Below, piece after piece: positions 8,743 to 19,818 of a stretch of DNA of 64,000 nt. The stretch spans positions 3,072,001 to 3,136,000 of the forward strand of contig CAWIIB010000009.1 of assembly GCA_963836075.1 (NCBI GenBank), given 5' to 3'. A program made the position numbers and the translations under genes. The stretch's first letter is position 1; each line of letters opens with the position of its first letter. Below the pieces are notes generated by a model, which had not been told where the DNA came from, ran no database searches, and saw only the letters and a program-made list of their open reading frames with translations. Origin of the DNA: an uncultured Acidobacteriota bacterium. GTDB taxonomy: Bacteria > Acidobacteriota > JAQAZP01.

Positions 8743-9684
8743 ATGGAGTGGGTGCTGTTCATCGCTCCATCCGCCCTGGAGGGCGCCCTCGGCGGGCTGG
8801 AGGCCGGTGGTTTCCCCGGTGAAACGGTCTGGCGGGTGACGCCGGCGGCCGGGACACCGGAGCAGTGGTTCGGCGATGCGGCAGCGGGCCACGGCGGTGA
8901 CCGGATAGAGAGGATCTACTGGGGCAGCGAGTTTTGTGAAACGCTGATCCCCGGCGTTCGATCCACCGCCCGGCTGGCCGAAGGGGTTCGCGGGCAGGGG
9001 ATGGACTGGACGCTGGTCACGCCCTATGTCACTGACCGCGGCCTGGATCGCATCGGCCGGCTGTTGGAAGAGTTGCCCCCGGAGCTCCACCCTGACGAGG
9101 TGGTGGTCAACGACTGGGGAGTGCTGCGCCGGCTGCGCCGGGAGCATGAGCAGATCCGGCCGGTGCTGGGCCGGCTGATGAACAAGATGATTCGCGACCC
9201 GCGGGTGGCGACGCAGTTCGACGATCCGCGGGCCCCGAAGGAGGCGGTGGACGCCCTGCGGGGGTTCAGCATCTCCGCCGGCAGCTACCGGTCGTTTCTG
9301 GCTGACAACAACGTGGGGCGGGTGGAAGTGGACAACCCGCTCCAGGGGCTGGCCGTGGATTTTTCCGCCCAGGGCATGCCGGCGAGCATCTACCTGCCCT
9401 TCGGCTATGTGACCACCGGGCGGATCTGCCTCCCCGGTTCCCTCGGCCTGCCGCCGGGGGAGAAGTTTTCGCACCTCGGCCGCTGCGGCCGGGAGTGCGG
9501 CGGGACTGTTCTGGAATTGAAGAACACCAGGTCCCCTTTCGAATCGGACCGGGACCTGACGCTCTACCAGCGCGGGAACACCATCTTCTATTTCCAGCCG
9601 CCCCGGAAGGTGGCGGCGGGGCTGGAAGCGGCCGCAGATTGCGGGGTGGACCGGATTGTCTGGCAGCCTGAACTGCCGTTTTAG
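8743..9684 (+). CDS. U32-family Fe-S protein, UbiV-like
   Basis: RIYWGSEFC, VVVNDWG, LGRLMNK, TTGRIC...CGREC...GNT; cysteine layout like UbiV. Confidence 0.72.
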   Translation: MEWVLFIAPSALEGALGGLEAGGFPGETVWRVTPAAGTPEQWFGDAAAGHGGDRIERIYWGSEFCETLIPGVRSTARLAEGVRGQGMDWTLVTPYVTDRGLDRIGRLLEELPPELHPDEVVVNDWGVLRRLRREHEQIRPVLGRLMNKMIRDPRVATQFDDPRAPKEAVDALRGFSISAGSYRSFLADNNVGRVEVDNPLQGLAVDFSAQGMPASIYLPFGYVTTGRICLPGSLGLPPGEKFSHLGRCGRECGGTVLELKNTRSPFESDRDLTLYQRGNTIFYFQPPRKVAAGLEAAADCGVDRIVWQPELPF

Positions 9685-9687
9685 GAA

Positions 9688-10776
9688 GTGAAGGATCGTG
9701 GAGTGAAGATCACCGCCCCATTGTCCAGGTTGGACGAAGTGGAGATGCTGGTCGGTTCCGGCGCCGACGAGCTCTACTGCGGGTTGGTGCCCGAGCGCTG
9801 GATGAAGCGCTTCACCCGCGCGTTGTGGCTCAACCGGCGTGACCCGCGGTCGGCCAACTTCACCAGCGAGGATGAGCTGGCCCGGGCGGTGGAACTGGCC
9901 CACGGTATGGGGGCCAGGGTCTTCCTGACCCTCAACGCGCCGTTCTTCACCGCGGACCAGCAGGAGCTGGTGTTGGAGCTGGCCCAGTGGGCGGCGCGGG
10001 AAGCGGGGCTGGACGCCCTGATCGTCGCCGACCTCGGACTGCTGGCGGCCCTGGCCGGGCAACTGCCGGAAGGCACCGGGCTGCACACCAGCACCGTGGG
10101 CAATGCCAGCAACCGCGAGGCCGTGGAGCACTGGGCCGATCTCGGCGTGGAGCGGGTGATCCTCCCCCGCCACCTGAGCATCGAGGAGATCGGCGAGCTG
10201 GTGCGGACGGTGGGTCACCGGGTGGAACTTGAGGCGTTCGTGCTCAACGACACCTGCGTCTACGAGGAGGGTTTCTGCCACACCATGCACGGTGTCGACC
10301 GCCTGGGGGCCTTCTGTGTCACACCCTGGGAATACGAGATTCACCCGGCGGGTGGGGTGGAGCTCTCCGCCGATGACCGGCAGGCCTGGACACGGCACCT
10401 CGAGGACCACGCCACCTGGCTCTGGTACTGCAACAGTTGCGGCTGCACCATGACGGAGAAGGGGCTGCCCCTGGGACCGTGCGGCCTCTGCGCCATCAAG
10501 GCTCTGGACGAAGCCGGTGTGACCTCGGTGAAGATTGTCGGCCGCGAGGCGTCGGGGATGCGCAAGCTGCGCAGCGTCCAGCTGGTCAAACGGGTCCTGG
10601 AGCGGGTGGAGGCCGGCGCATCCGAGGCGGATGCGGCGGAGTGGGCCCGGGAGATCCGGGACGCCGCGGAACACTGCCGGGCGCGCTACATGTGCTACTA
10701 CCGGGAGTGCGCACCCACCGGGGGGACAGTGGCGGTGGGGCCGCCGGCCGGCAGCGGCCCGGGGGAGGGGCGATGA
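9688..10776 (+). CDS. U32-family Fe-S protein, UbiU/TrhP/RlhA-like
   Basis: GADELYCG, ANF, DALIVADLG, HTST, RVILPRHLS, C-x6-C-x12-C, CGLC, VKIVGR. Confidence 0.85.
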   Translation: MKDRGVKITAPLSRLDEVEMLVGSGADELYCGLVPERWMKRFTRALWLNRRDPRSANFTSEDELARAVELAHGMGARVFLTLNAPFFTADQQELVLELAQWAAREAGLDALIVADLGLLAALAGQLPEGTGLHTSTVGNASNREAVEHWADLGVERVILPRHLSIEEIGELVRTVGHRVELEAFVLNDTCVYEEGFCHTMHGVDRLGAFCVTPWEYEIHPAGGVELSADDRQAWTRHLEDHATWLWYCNSCGCTMTEKGLPLGPCGLCAIKALDEAGVTSVKIVGREASGMRKLRSVQLVKRVLERVEAGASEADAAEWAREIRDAAEHCRARYMCYYRECAPTGGTVAVGPPAGSGPGEGR

Positions 10777-12596
10777 GTCAGGAAAAGGCAGCAGCGAGAG
10801 ACGCGGCGGAACCCGGTCAGACACGGGTCAGCCGGATCTTCTCCTTTATCCGCCCCTACCGGGGCCGGATCGGCCTGCTGATTGTGATCATGGTCCTCTC
10901 CGCCGGCCTGGCCAACATCTACCCCTTCTTCGTCAAGTACCTGGTGGACGAGGTCTTTATCCAGCAGAACCTCCACTGGCTGCAATACATCGTCGGCGGG
11001 CTGGCCGTGATGGCGCTGTTCCAGTTCGGTGTCACCTTTCTCAACGGCTATCTCTACACCTGGCTCACCGCGCGGATCCTCCTCGACATGAGGCTCCACC
11101 TCTACGACCACATCCACCGTCTCTCGATGAAGTTTTTCAAGGAGACCAAGGTGGGGGACATCATCTCGCGGCTGAACAGCGACATGGCCCAGGTGCAGTC
11201 CATCGCCATGGAATCGCTGATGACCTTTCTCGGCACGGTGATGACCATCACCGTGGTCTCGGTGATCATGATCTTCTTCAACTGGAGGCTGTTCCTGATC
11301 AGCTGCATCGCGGTTCCCGGGATCATCCTGCTGCTCCGCTGGTTCCAGCCCCGGCTGCACCGCCTGGCCCGGAAGATCCGCGACCAGAACGCCGAGATCA
11401 CCAGCTTCGTCCTCGAGGCCTTCCGCGGTTCGAAAACGGTGAAGGTCACCGGTTCACGGCACAACGAGACACGCCGCTTTCTCCGCGAGAACAAGGGCTT
11501 GATCAACAAGGTGATCCGATTCCAGATCATGTCCGGGTTCTCCTCCGGGCTCAGCGCGCTGATGATCACCGCCAGTTCGGCGGCGGTGCTCTGGTTTGGC
11601 GGGCGGATGATGATTGCCGGGCAGATGAGCGCCGGCGATTTGATGGCCTTCGAACTGTTCCAGATCCGGCTCTTTGGCCCGGTGCGCTCGCTGGTCTCCC
11701 TGTTCCTCAAGCTGCAGAAGGCGCGGGCTTCCGTCGACCGGGTCTTCGAATTTCTCGACATTGCCCCCGATGACGGTGACCGTCCGGGGGCGCTACGGCT
11801 GCCCGAGGTGCGGGGCGAGGTGGCTTTCGAGGGAGTGAGTTTTGCTTACGAGCCGGGAAAGCCGGTGCTCAGCGAGGTCAGCTTCCGCGTGTCCCCCGGG
11901 TCCAGCCTGGCCATCGTCGGGCCCAGCGGCGTGGGCAAGACCACCGTCGCCGACCTGCTGTTCCGGCTCTACCGCCCGGACAGCGGGCGGGTCACCGTGG
12001 ACGGGCACGACCTGGCGGGAGTGAAACTGCGCACCCTGCTGCGCAGCATGGCCCTGGTGCCCCAGGACTCCTTCCTGTTCAACGGCACGGTGACCGAAAA
12101 CATCCGCTACGGCGCACCGGTCTGCGGAGAGGATGAGGTGCGCCGGGCCGCCGAACTTGCCAACATCAACGAGTTGATCGAGAAGCTGCCCCGAGGATAC
12201 GACACGGTGGTGGGTGAACGGGGGCTGCGGTTTTCCGGCGGCCAGGCCCAGCGCATAGCCCTGGCCCGGGCGTTCCTGCGCCGTCCGCGAATCCTGGTGC
12301 TCGACGAGGCCACCGCCGCGCTGGACTGGTTTTCGGACCAGCAGGTTCACCTGGCCCTGAAGGAGTTGATGCGCGGCCGGACCACCATCCTCATCACGCA
12401 CAAGATGTTCATGGTCCAGGAGATGGACAATATCCTGGTGCTCGACGGGAACCGGGTGGTCCAGGAGGGGCGCCACGACCGGTTGATGGGTGAGCAGGGG
12501 CTCTACCGCGAGCTCTACCGCCAGGTGCAGGGTGATGAAACGGAGCACCAGGTGGTGCTCTCCCCGGCCGGACCGCCTGACCGGGTGAAGCGGTGA
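10773..12596 (+). CDS. ABC exporter, fused TMD-NBD (QhpF-like)
   Basis: Multi-TM N-terminal domain, Walker A GPSGVGKT, signature FSGGQAQR, Walker B ILVLDEAT. ATGA overlap with the upstream U32 gene. Confidence 0.9.
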   Translation: MSQEKAAARDAAEPGQTRVSRIFSFIRPYRGRIGLLIVIMVLSAGLANIYPFFVKYLVDEVFIQQNLHWLQYIVGGLAVMALFQFGVTFLNGYLYTWLTARILLDMRLHLYDHIHRLSMKFFKETKVGDIISRLNSDMAQVQSIAMESLMTFLGTVMTITVVSVIMIFFNWRLFLISCIAVPGIILLLRWFQPRLHRLARKIRDQNAEITSFVLEAFRGSKTVKVTGSRHNETRRFLRENKGLINKVIRFQIMSGFSSGLSALMITASSAAVLWFGGRMMIAGQMSAGDLMAFELFQIRLFGPVRSLVSLFLKLQKARASVDRVFEFLDIAPDDGDRPGALRLPEVRGEVAFEGVSFAYEPGKPVLSEVSFRVSPGSSLAIVGPSGVGKTTVADLLFRLYRPDSGRVTVDGHDLAGVKLRTLLRSMALVPQDSFLFNGTVTENIRYGAPVCGEDEVRRAAELANINELIEKLPRGYDTVVGERGLRFSGGQAQRIALARAFLRRPRILVLDEATAALDWFSDQQVHLALKELMRGRTTILITHKMFMVQEMDNILVLDGNRVVQEGRHDRLMGEQGLYRELYRQVQGDETEHQVVLSPAGPPDRVKR

Positions 12597-13411
12597 TCGC
12601 CGGGGCGGCTCCCGCCCGGGCCCGGTTCACCGGCCGCGGGGTGGCGGTGGGCCTGGTGGATTCGGGGGTCAACGGGAGCCACCCCCACGTGGGAGGTCGT
12701 CTGGAGCGGTCGGTGACCGTGCTGGAGGGCCAGGGCGGGCGTCCGCTGGTGGCCGACGACCTGAAAGGGGACGCGGCGGGGCACGGCACGGCCTGCGCCG
12801 GTGTCATCATCCAGGGGGCGCCGGATGTCCGGCTCTACTCGCTGCGGGTCCTCGACCGGCAGCTGCAGACCACGCACCGCCGGGTGGCCGAGGCGATCCG
12901 CTGGTGCACCAGAGAGGGAATGGACGTGATCAACCTCAGCCTGGGCACCACCCGGGCCGAGGCGCTGGAGATACTGGAGACGGCGTGCCGCGAGGCGGTG
13001 GAGGCCGGCTGCATCCTGGTGGCCGCCGCCGGGCCGGAGCGCGAACGCAGCTACCCCGCCGGTTTCAGCGGGCTGGTGCTGGGGGTGGACGAGGATCCGC
13101 AATGCGGGGAGTGGCAGTGCCGCGTGCGGCCCGGGGCGAAAATCCCCGTGGTGGCCTGCGGACGGCCCCGGGACGTGGAGCGGGCCGACCTGCTGCGGAA
13201 TTTCCGCGGGTCGAGTTTTGCCGCCGCCCGGGTCAGCGCCATGGCGGCGCGGCTGCGCGAGGAGCGTCCGGGCCTCGACACCGGCGGGCTGCTGGAGGCG
13301 CTGGCCCGGGAGGAGATATCCACGACGACCACCAGGGTCGTCTCCTCGCAAGGACAGGCGAGGGGAGGGAAAGGTCAGGGAGATGATTCGCCGCCGGCCA
13401 TGAACCGGTGA
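12593..13411 (+). CDS. Subtilisin-like S8 protease without signal peptide (QhpE-like leader peptidase)
   Basis: Catalytic triad motifs VGLVDSG, GHGTACAG, GSSFAA, plus INLSLG. GTGA overlap with the ABC gene. Confidence 0.85.
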   Translation: MIAGAAPARARFTGRGVAVGLVDSGVNGSHPHVGGRLERSVTVLEGQGGRPLVADDLKGDAAGHGTACAGVIIQGAPDVRLYSLRVLDRQLQTTHRRVAEAIRWCTREGMDVINLSLGTTRAEALEILETACREAVEAGCILVAAAGPERERSYPAGFSGLVLGVDEDPQCGEWQCRVRPGAKIPVVACGRPRDVERADLLRNFRGSSFAAARVSAMAARLREERPGLDTGGLLEALAREEISTTTTRVVSSQGQARGGKGQGDDSPPAMNR

Positions 13412-13509
13412 CGGTTGATTCCATACCGACTGATGGATTGTTTTTATGGTTCAAGACGGATCTGGTATTTGATGCTTGGATGTGTAACAGAGGGGAAAGG
13501 AGGCCTGAC

Positions 13510-15649
13510 ATGAGGCGAATGGAAACCGTGGGCGGTCTGGCGATCTTGCTGGCCGCGATGATCACCTGTTTGCCCCTGGCGGCGGACGAGATCGAGTTCG
13601 GGGAGCGCACACTGGATGCCAGCCTGGACGGACCCCGTCATGCACAGGTGGTGGACCTGGATGGCGACGGGGACAACGACGTGGTGGCCTGCGGCTACGA
13701 GGACGGGGACATCTTCTGGTATGAGAACAACGGTCTGGGTTCGTTCAGCCGCCAGGTGGTGGTGCAGGACAACCTCTATGGTGTGAACCACTTGACGGTG
13801 GCCGACCTGGACGGCGACGGTGACATGGACGTGGTCGCCGTCTCCTTCAGCCTGGACGTGCTGGCCTGGTGGGAGAACGACGGCAACGAGAACTTCTCGC
13901 GGGCCAACATCGCCACCGGGTTCGTCGATGCCAGTTGTTGCTTCGTCATCGATCTCGACGACGACGGCGACATGGACATTCTCGCCTCCGCTTTCTACCA
14001 GGACAAGATCTCCTGGTTCGAGAACAACGGCAGCGAGAGTTTCACCATGAACAACACGTTTACCTCCGGGCTGGACGGGGCCCAGTGGGTCTGGGCCGGT
14101 GACGTGGACGACGACGGCGACCAGGACGTGGCCGGCCTCTCCTTCCACGACGGCAACGTGATCTGGTGGGAGAACAACGGCAGCGAGAGCTTCTCCTCGC
14201 ACCAGATTTCCGGCAACCACGAGGGCGCGACGTCCATCGTGGGATTGGACCTGGACGACGATGGCGACATGGACTTCGTCACCACCGCCATGGACGACAA
14301 CCGGCTCACCTGGTGGGAGAACAACGGTTCGGAGAGCTTCACCCAGAACAATATCGACAACAGCCTGACCGGTGCGCTGCACGCCACGGTGGCTGACCTG
14401 GACAACGACGGCGACAAGGACATCACCGCCACCGCCTTCAACGGCTCGCAGATGTACCTGGTACGACAACAACGGCTCCGAGACCTTCACCCGCCGGGTG
14501 GTCACCGATACCGCCAGCCGCCCCTTCGGCACGGCTGCCGGCGACCTCGACGGTGACATGGATATGGACCTGGTGCTCTGTGACTTCGAAGGCGACACCG
14601 TGCTCTGGTTCGAGAGCGGCGGCGGCAGCGGCGGCACTTTCTACCTCGTTGCCGGCCCGGGACCCGGACCGGCCAACGACCCGCGGGTCAAGGGTTTCTT
14701 TGCCAACGGCAACGAGAACGGCATCACCGACTTCCTGGCTTACGGCGCCACGGGCTACGGCGTGAACGTGACCTGCGGTGACTTGGACGGGGACGGCAAC
14801 CACGAGATTGTCACCGGCGCCGGACCCGGCGCGGTATACGGGCCGCACGTCAGGGCCTTCGAGTGGGACGGCACGCCGGTAAGCGGCCTCAACTTCATCT
14901 CCTACGGCACGCTGAAATACGGCGTGAACGTGGCTTGTGGCGACATCGACGGTGACGGCAACGACGAAATCATCACCGGCGCCGGTCCGGGAGCGGTCTT
15001 CGGCCCGCACGTCAGGGGCTGGAACGTCGATGGCGGCACCGCCACCGCGATCTCCGCCATCAGTTATTTTGCCTACGGCACATTGAAGTGGGGCGTCAAC
15101 GTGGCCTGCGGCGACATCGACGGTGACGGCATGGCCGAGATCATCACCGGCGCCGGTCCGGGCGAGATCTTCGGTCCCCAGGTGCGCGGCTGGAATTACG
15201 ACGGCTCCACGATTTCGGCGATGAGCCAGGTCAATTTCTTCGCTTACAACACTCAGCGCTGGGGGGTCAACGTGGGCGCCGGCGACATCGACGGCGACGG
15301 CTACGACGAAATCGTCACCGGCGCCGGGCCCGGCGACCAGGCCGGCCCGCATGTCAGGGCGTTCAATTGCGATGGCGGGAGCACCACGGCGATCTCGGCG
15401 GTCAACTTCATGGCTTACGGTGATCATGGCTGGAAGTATGGCGCCAGGGTGTCCTGTGTCGACTTTGACGGGGATGGCTACGGTGAGATTCTCACCGGTC
15501 CGGGCCCCGGTCCCATGACCCAGGCCCTGGTCCGCGGCTGGAACTATGACGGCATGGTGCTGGAGCAGATCACCGGCACGGACTTCTTCGCCTTTGACGA
15601 AGCGTCGTATTTCTACGGGGTGAATGTATTCGGCGGGGTTCCCCAATAA
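13510..15649 (+). CDS. Secreted FG-GAP/VCBS repeat protein with C-terminal GAGPG-repeat module; frameshift near 14460
   Basis: DLDGDGD/WWENNG repeats continue across ORFs 13408..14556 and 14372..15649. Confidence 0.8.
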
Positions 15650-15718
15650 CCGGGGAACCGGACGGCTAAAACCTTCCGGCGGCGCCCCACCGGGTGCCGC
15701 CGGATTCGAATGTCAGCC

Positions 15719-18700
15719 TCACGGGAGCGGGCCGGCCTGGTTTTCACCGGCCGGTTCGCTTCCCCCCTCTGTATTTTCGAACAGGTTCTGCATCTCCTCG
15801 ATGGCCGTCAGGCTCCGGCCGCGGGCGAAGTATCCCAGGCGGCTGCGGACCAGCAGGTCCCGTTCCCCCCCGGCGTCCACTTCCACGCCCCGCCACAACC
15901 CGTCCTTTTCCTGGCGGGTGGAGATATAGCCCAGGTAGTACTGGTTCCGCTGCTCCTCCTCCATACTGACCAGCGCATCCTTGATGTGGTCGGCGCGGAA
16001 ACTCACGTCAAAGGGGAAATACCGCCCGCCGGAAGCCAGGGTCAGGGTGTCCAGCAGCGACTCGCTGAACCGCCGTTCCATGAACTGGTTCCGTGCTTCG
16101 GCCCGCTTGAGGTCCTTGCTGCGGTAGAAGCCGCCCAGGCCGATGAGGCGCATGGCCTTCTCGAAAGTGGAGGGGTCGCGGGTCAGGTTGTAGAACTGGT
16201 TGTCGGAAAGCGGGGGAGTGGTGTTGATACCGATGGCGTAGAGCGTGATGCCGCCGCGCTGGAGTTGATCGGCCAGACCGCGGTTGCTGATCGCCGCGGA
16301 AACGTCCTTGCCGTCGGAGAGGAGAACCAGGACCTTGCGGTCGCCCTCCAGCTGTTCCAGCTCGGCGGCACAGGCCGAAATCGCCTCCATCATCCGGTCG
16401 GCCCTGCTGGCGGAGGCGGCGTCGGGGGCGGGCAGCGACTTGACCGCGCTGACCAGCAACCCCCGCTGCCCGGTCAGCTCCTGCTGGACCAGGGTTTTCA
16501 CCTGGTACCCGGCGATGAACGCCCGGTCGCCCCGCGGCAGGTGGTCCGTGAGGTAGGCCACGGTCCCATCCTTGAGCTTCTGCAGGGCCTGGGGCGGATC
16601 GATGCCCAGGTCGAACAGGAACGCCGTCACCAGGTCCTGCCGCTCCTTCTGCTCGAAGTGGCTGATCTCCTGTTCCACGCCGTCCTCCAGCAACCGGAAC
16701 TGGTCCCGGGTCATGCCGCTGACGTAGTCGCCGGTCTGCGGATCGGCCACGGTGACATACATCTGCTGCAGCTCCACCTCCAGCGAGAGGAAGTTTTTCG
16801 GCCGGGCCAGCATCAACCGGTCCTCACCCCACTTCTCGCCGGGGTAGTGGGCGCGCACCGCCACCTGGTAGTCGGTGGCCGCCGGGTAGGCACGCCAGAG
16901 GCAGCGATAGGGCGGGGCGAGGTCGCGGATCAGGTGTTCGCCGTCGACGTAGAAATCGATCCAGTCCGCCTCCTCGCCATTGGGGCCGAGAGTCGGCACC
17001 GCCTCCAGGTGTTTCACGGCAAAGATGTTGTCCTGCTCGGTGGGCGAGGTGATCACCACTTCCCGCAGCGTGTCCGATGCACCGGCGCCGGCCTGCAGGT
17101 CCGGTCCCTCCAGGCGGGTGAGCAGCCGCAGCGGTACGGTTTCGCCGCTGGCGCGGTCCACCAGTGGAGCATCCAGTTCGGTGATGGCCATTTTGACGCC
17201 GAGGAGACAGGTCTGGTGGGCGCCGGGGAGAATCACCTCCACCTCCACCTGGTATTCGCCCGGGCTGAGGAGATCCGGCGGAACGGTGGCCGAGACTTTC
17301 CACTCCCGTTCCGCCGAGTCCACCGGCCGGGCCAGCTCGTCCAGCTGGTTGCCCGGCAGGGTCAGGACCGTTTTCCCGGAGCGCTTGAAGCGGTAGGTGG
17401 TGAGAAACGGCCGTTCGGTCAGTTCACGGAACGAGGCTTCCACCCGGCGCGGGTCGGCCAGGCGCTCCGACCCCCCCCCGGCCCGTTCCGCTTCCGCTGG
17501 CAGGTAGACGTGGAAGAGCATGGTTGGACCGGTCTCGGGCAGCAGGGGCACGGTGCCGTCCGGCGGCAGGGGTGTCAACTGCCGGCCGCGGTGACAGAAG
17601 GGGGAAGGCATGGGACGCCGGGTGAGGGGGTAGGGCTCGAGACCGTTCCCCAGCAGCAGGCTGCTGGCGGACAGCTGGTCCAGGCCCAGGTCGGGCACCC
17701 TGAAACTCAACTGGTGCCAGCCCTGCTTCGATGTGGCCCGGTCCGAGGCGATGAGATAGAGCTGGTAGTCGCCGGGGGCCAGGTTGAAGACCCGCCGCAG
17801 GGTCCACGGCTGGTCCTCCGGGTTCACCGTCTCGCTGAGCACCATCGTCTCGTTGGAAGCGGAGCGCAGGGCCCGGATGTGGAAGCGGTCCGCCACGTCC
17901 CCGTCCGGTCCCACCACCAGGCCGCGGAGTCTGAGGTTGTCGGCACCCTGGTTCTGCTTCACGCGAAAGACGGCATGCCCCTGGCCCCGTGTCACATAGA
18001 GGTTGCAGTTGAGCCAGATGCTGTTCTTCCCCTGTTCGCCGCGGAAGCAGGACACCTGCGGCCTGATCTGGACGTCCATGTCTCCAGGACCCAGACCGTA
18101 GCGGAGGTATTCCCTCACCGATGCCACCAGTTCGATCTCGTCCACCAGGTCCATCGGGCGGCCGTCCAGGGGCCGGCCGCCCGGCTGGTAGAAGATATCC
18201 GGCCAGAGGATGGTCTTGCGCCGCAGTTCCGGGACGATTTCACCAAAGAACCGGGCATCGTCCACCAGGTCGGGAACCCCGTCGTCATTCTTGTCCGCGA
18301 ACTGGAGGGTCAGCGATTCGGCCAGGGGCAAGAGCATGCTGCTCCTGCTGTAAATCCACTCGAACGTCGGAGCGAAGCGCGCCGAGGCCAGGGCCTCCGC
18401 GTTCAGCCCCGGCTTGAAGGTATCCCGTAGACCGCCGTCGGGTTGCCCGAGCAGCGTGTAGACCCGTCCCATGTCGGTGAGGTCGCCGGGAACCGCCACC
18501 CCTTCGTCGCTCCCCTCGTCCTGGTCACCCGTATCTCCGGCCAGCCGGCAGCTGAACAGCTCGCGCGCCCGCTGTTTTCGTCCCAGATAGGCATACTTGA
18601 ACTCGTTGTGCACCGTGTCCGGGGTGGGGTCCCGGCGGGCCCAGAACACACCTTGAAAGTAGCCGCGGTCATCGGGGTAGGTACAGGGACTGGTAGAGTT

Positions 18701-18902
18701 GCCACTCTTCGGGAAGTGGCAGGTCCGCGGCCACCTCATGGAGCCAGTTGCCGGTGATCAGGGCGAAATCGGTACCGTCACCCTCGAATTCCAGCTCGGA
18801 TGCCGCCGGAGAGACACCGCCAGTGGGAGAGGAAAGAAGGACAGCCAGGACGAGCAGGAGCAGTAACGTGCCGTTTGTGGACCGCGGAATGTGGGATATC
18901 AT
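15719..18902 (-). CDS. GWxTD-domain protein fused to a C-terminal VWA domain; frameshift near 18685
   Basis: Signal peptide in ORF 18669..18902. FWARRDPTPDT..NEF...GDLTDMGRVYTLLGQPD. C-terminal VTV.D...FRLLEDGVEQEI...RKVLVLLSDG...QYYLGY. Confidence 0.75.
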
Positions 18903-19080
18903 TCAAGTTGCCTGGATACACCCGGGGCCGGGGCCCGACAAGGTGAGGTTTACAAAGTTAGACGCCCTCGAGGCTGTAGCAGCGGGATCACGTCAGATTA
19001 TACCACAGGGCCCCGTCCGTTCCGGGATGCCGTGCGGGTGGGTTGACAGACGGAAGCTGAACTGTTTTTCTCAGCGGATA

Positions 19081-19109
19081 TTGACAAATGGGCGGAATTC
19101 GCTTAAATT
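19081..19109 (+). promoter_or_regulatory. Putative sigma70 promoter
   Basis: TTGACA, 17-bp spacer, TAAATT in the AT-rich gap upstream of 19284. Confidence 0.5.
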
Positions 19110-19283
19110 CTACCAACAAGTTTTATACGGTTTGGCGGAGTGCTTCCTTCCACCACCGTAAACTCGCGGATGACAGTTTCGTTTCCATAGGTGAAAAGTA
19201 CACTGGATTGGGTGCGTTTACGGAGATAGGTTTCCGTTGGGCATTTCTTGGGTATCGATTCACATCAATCAAGGGGAGATCTG

Positions 19284-19694
19284 ATGAAAAAACTGGCTGT
19301 TCTTCTGGTCCTCGGTTTCCTTCTGGCGGGCGCGAATGCCATGGCCCAGGAATATGATCTGGAACTGATTGTCTTCAATATGCCCATGGACACCGTCACC
19401 ATCGGGGAGCGGGCGTTTGTCAACACCGTGATATTCAACCCGGCGCCCTATGGCTCGGGCATTTTCCTCTCCGGTATCGGGTACATGACCATCGACACGC
19501 CGTGGGGCTCCACCATTAGCCGCGGCCCGATCACGATCAACAACGTGACCCCGTCCACCACCCGCCGCAAGAATTGGGGCATCCCGGTTGGCCCGGCCAC
19601 TCCGCTGGGCGTGTATGACGTCACCGGCTGGATCGAAATGGACGGCGAGATTGTGGACATCAAGTACGAGAGCATCGAAGTGGTAGCGCCCTAG
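19284..19694 (+). CDS. Small secreted beta-rich (Ig-like) hypothetical protein
   Basis: RBS GGGGAG, signal peptide MKKLAVLLVLGFLLAGANAMA, typical codon usage. Confidence 0.75.
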   Translation: MKKLAVLLVLGFLLAGANAMAQEYDLELIVFNMPMDTVTIGERAFVNTVIFNPAPYGSGIFLSGIGYMTIDTPWGSTISRGPITINNVTPSTTRRKNWGIPVGPATPLGVYDVTGWIEMDGEIVDIKYESIEVVAP

Positions 19695-19818
19695 CTGCCG
19701 TTTCTGATGAGAGCCAGGGAGAGGCCCCGCTGGTCCACGTGGCCGCGGGGCTTCTACCATGTACGGCGCACCAACGGGTGGAGTCCGGCAGGTGGTGGGG
19801 CAGGCGGCCGGAGAGGTA

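Noticed and set aside
8743-10776. U32 pair read as collagenase-like proteases or as ubiquinone genes ubiUV
   Set aside because: No ubiT or other ubi genes nearby, a leader protease (S8) is already present, and both genes are embedded in the qhp-like operon.
14440-14480. Programmed frameshifting or phase variation at split genes
   Set aside because: No slippery heptamers or long simple repeats; breaks occur in unrelated genes including wzc, which fits sequencing error better.
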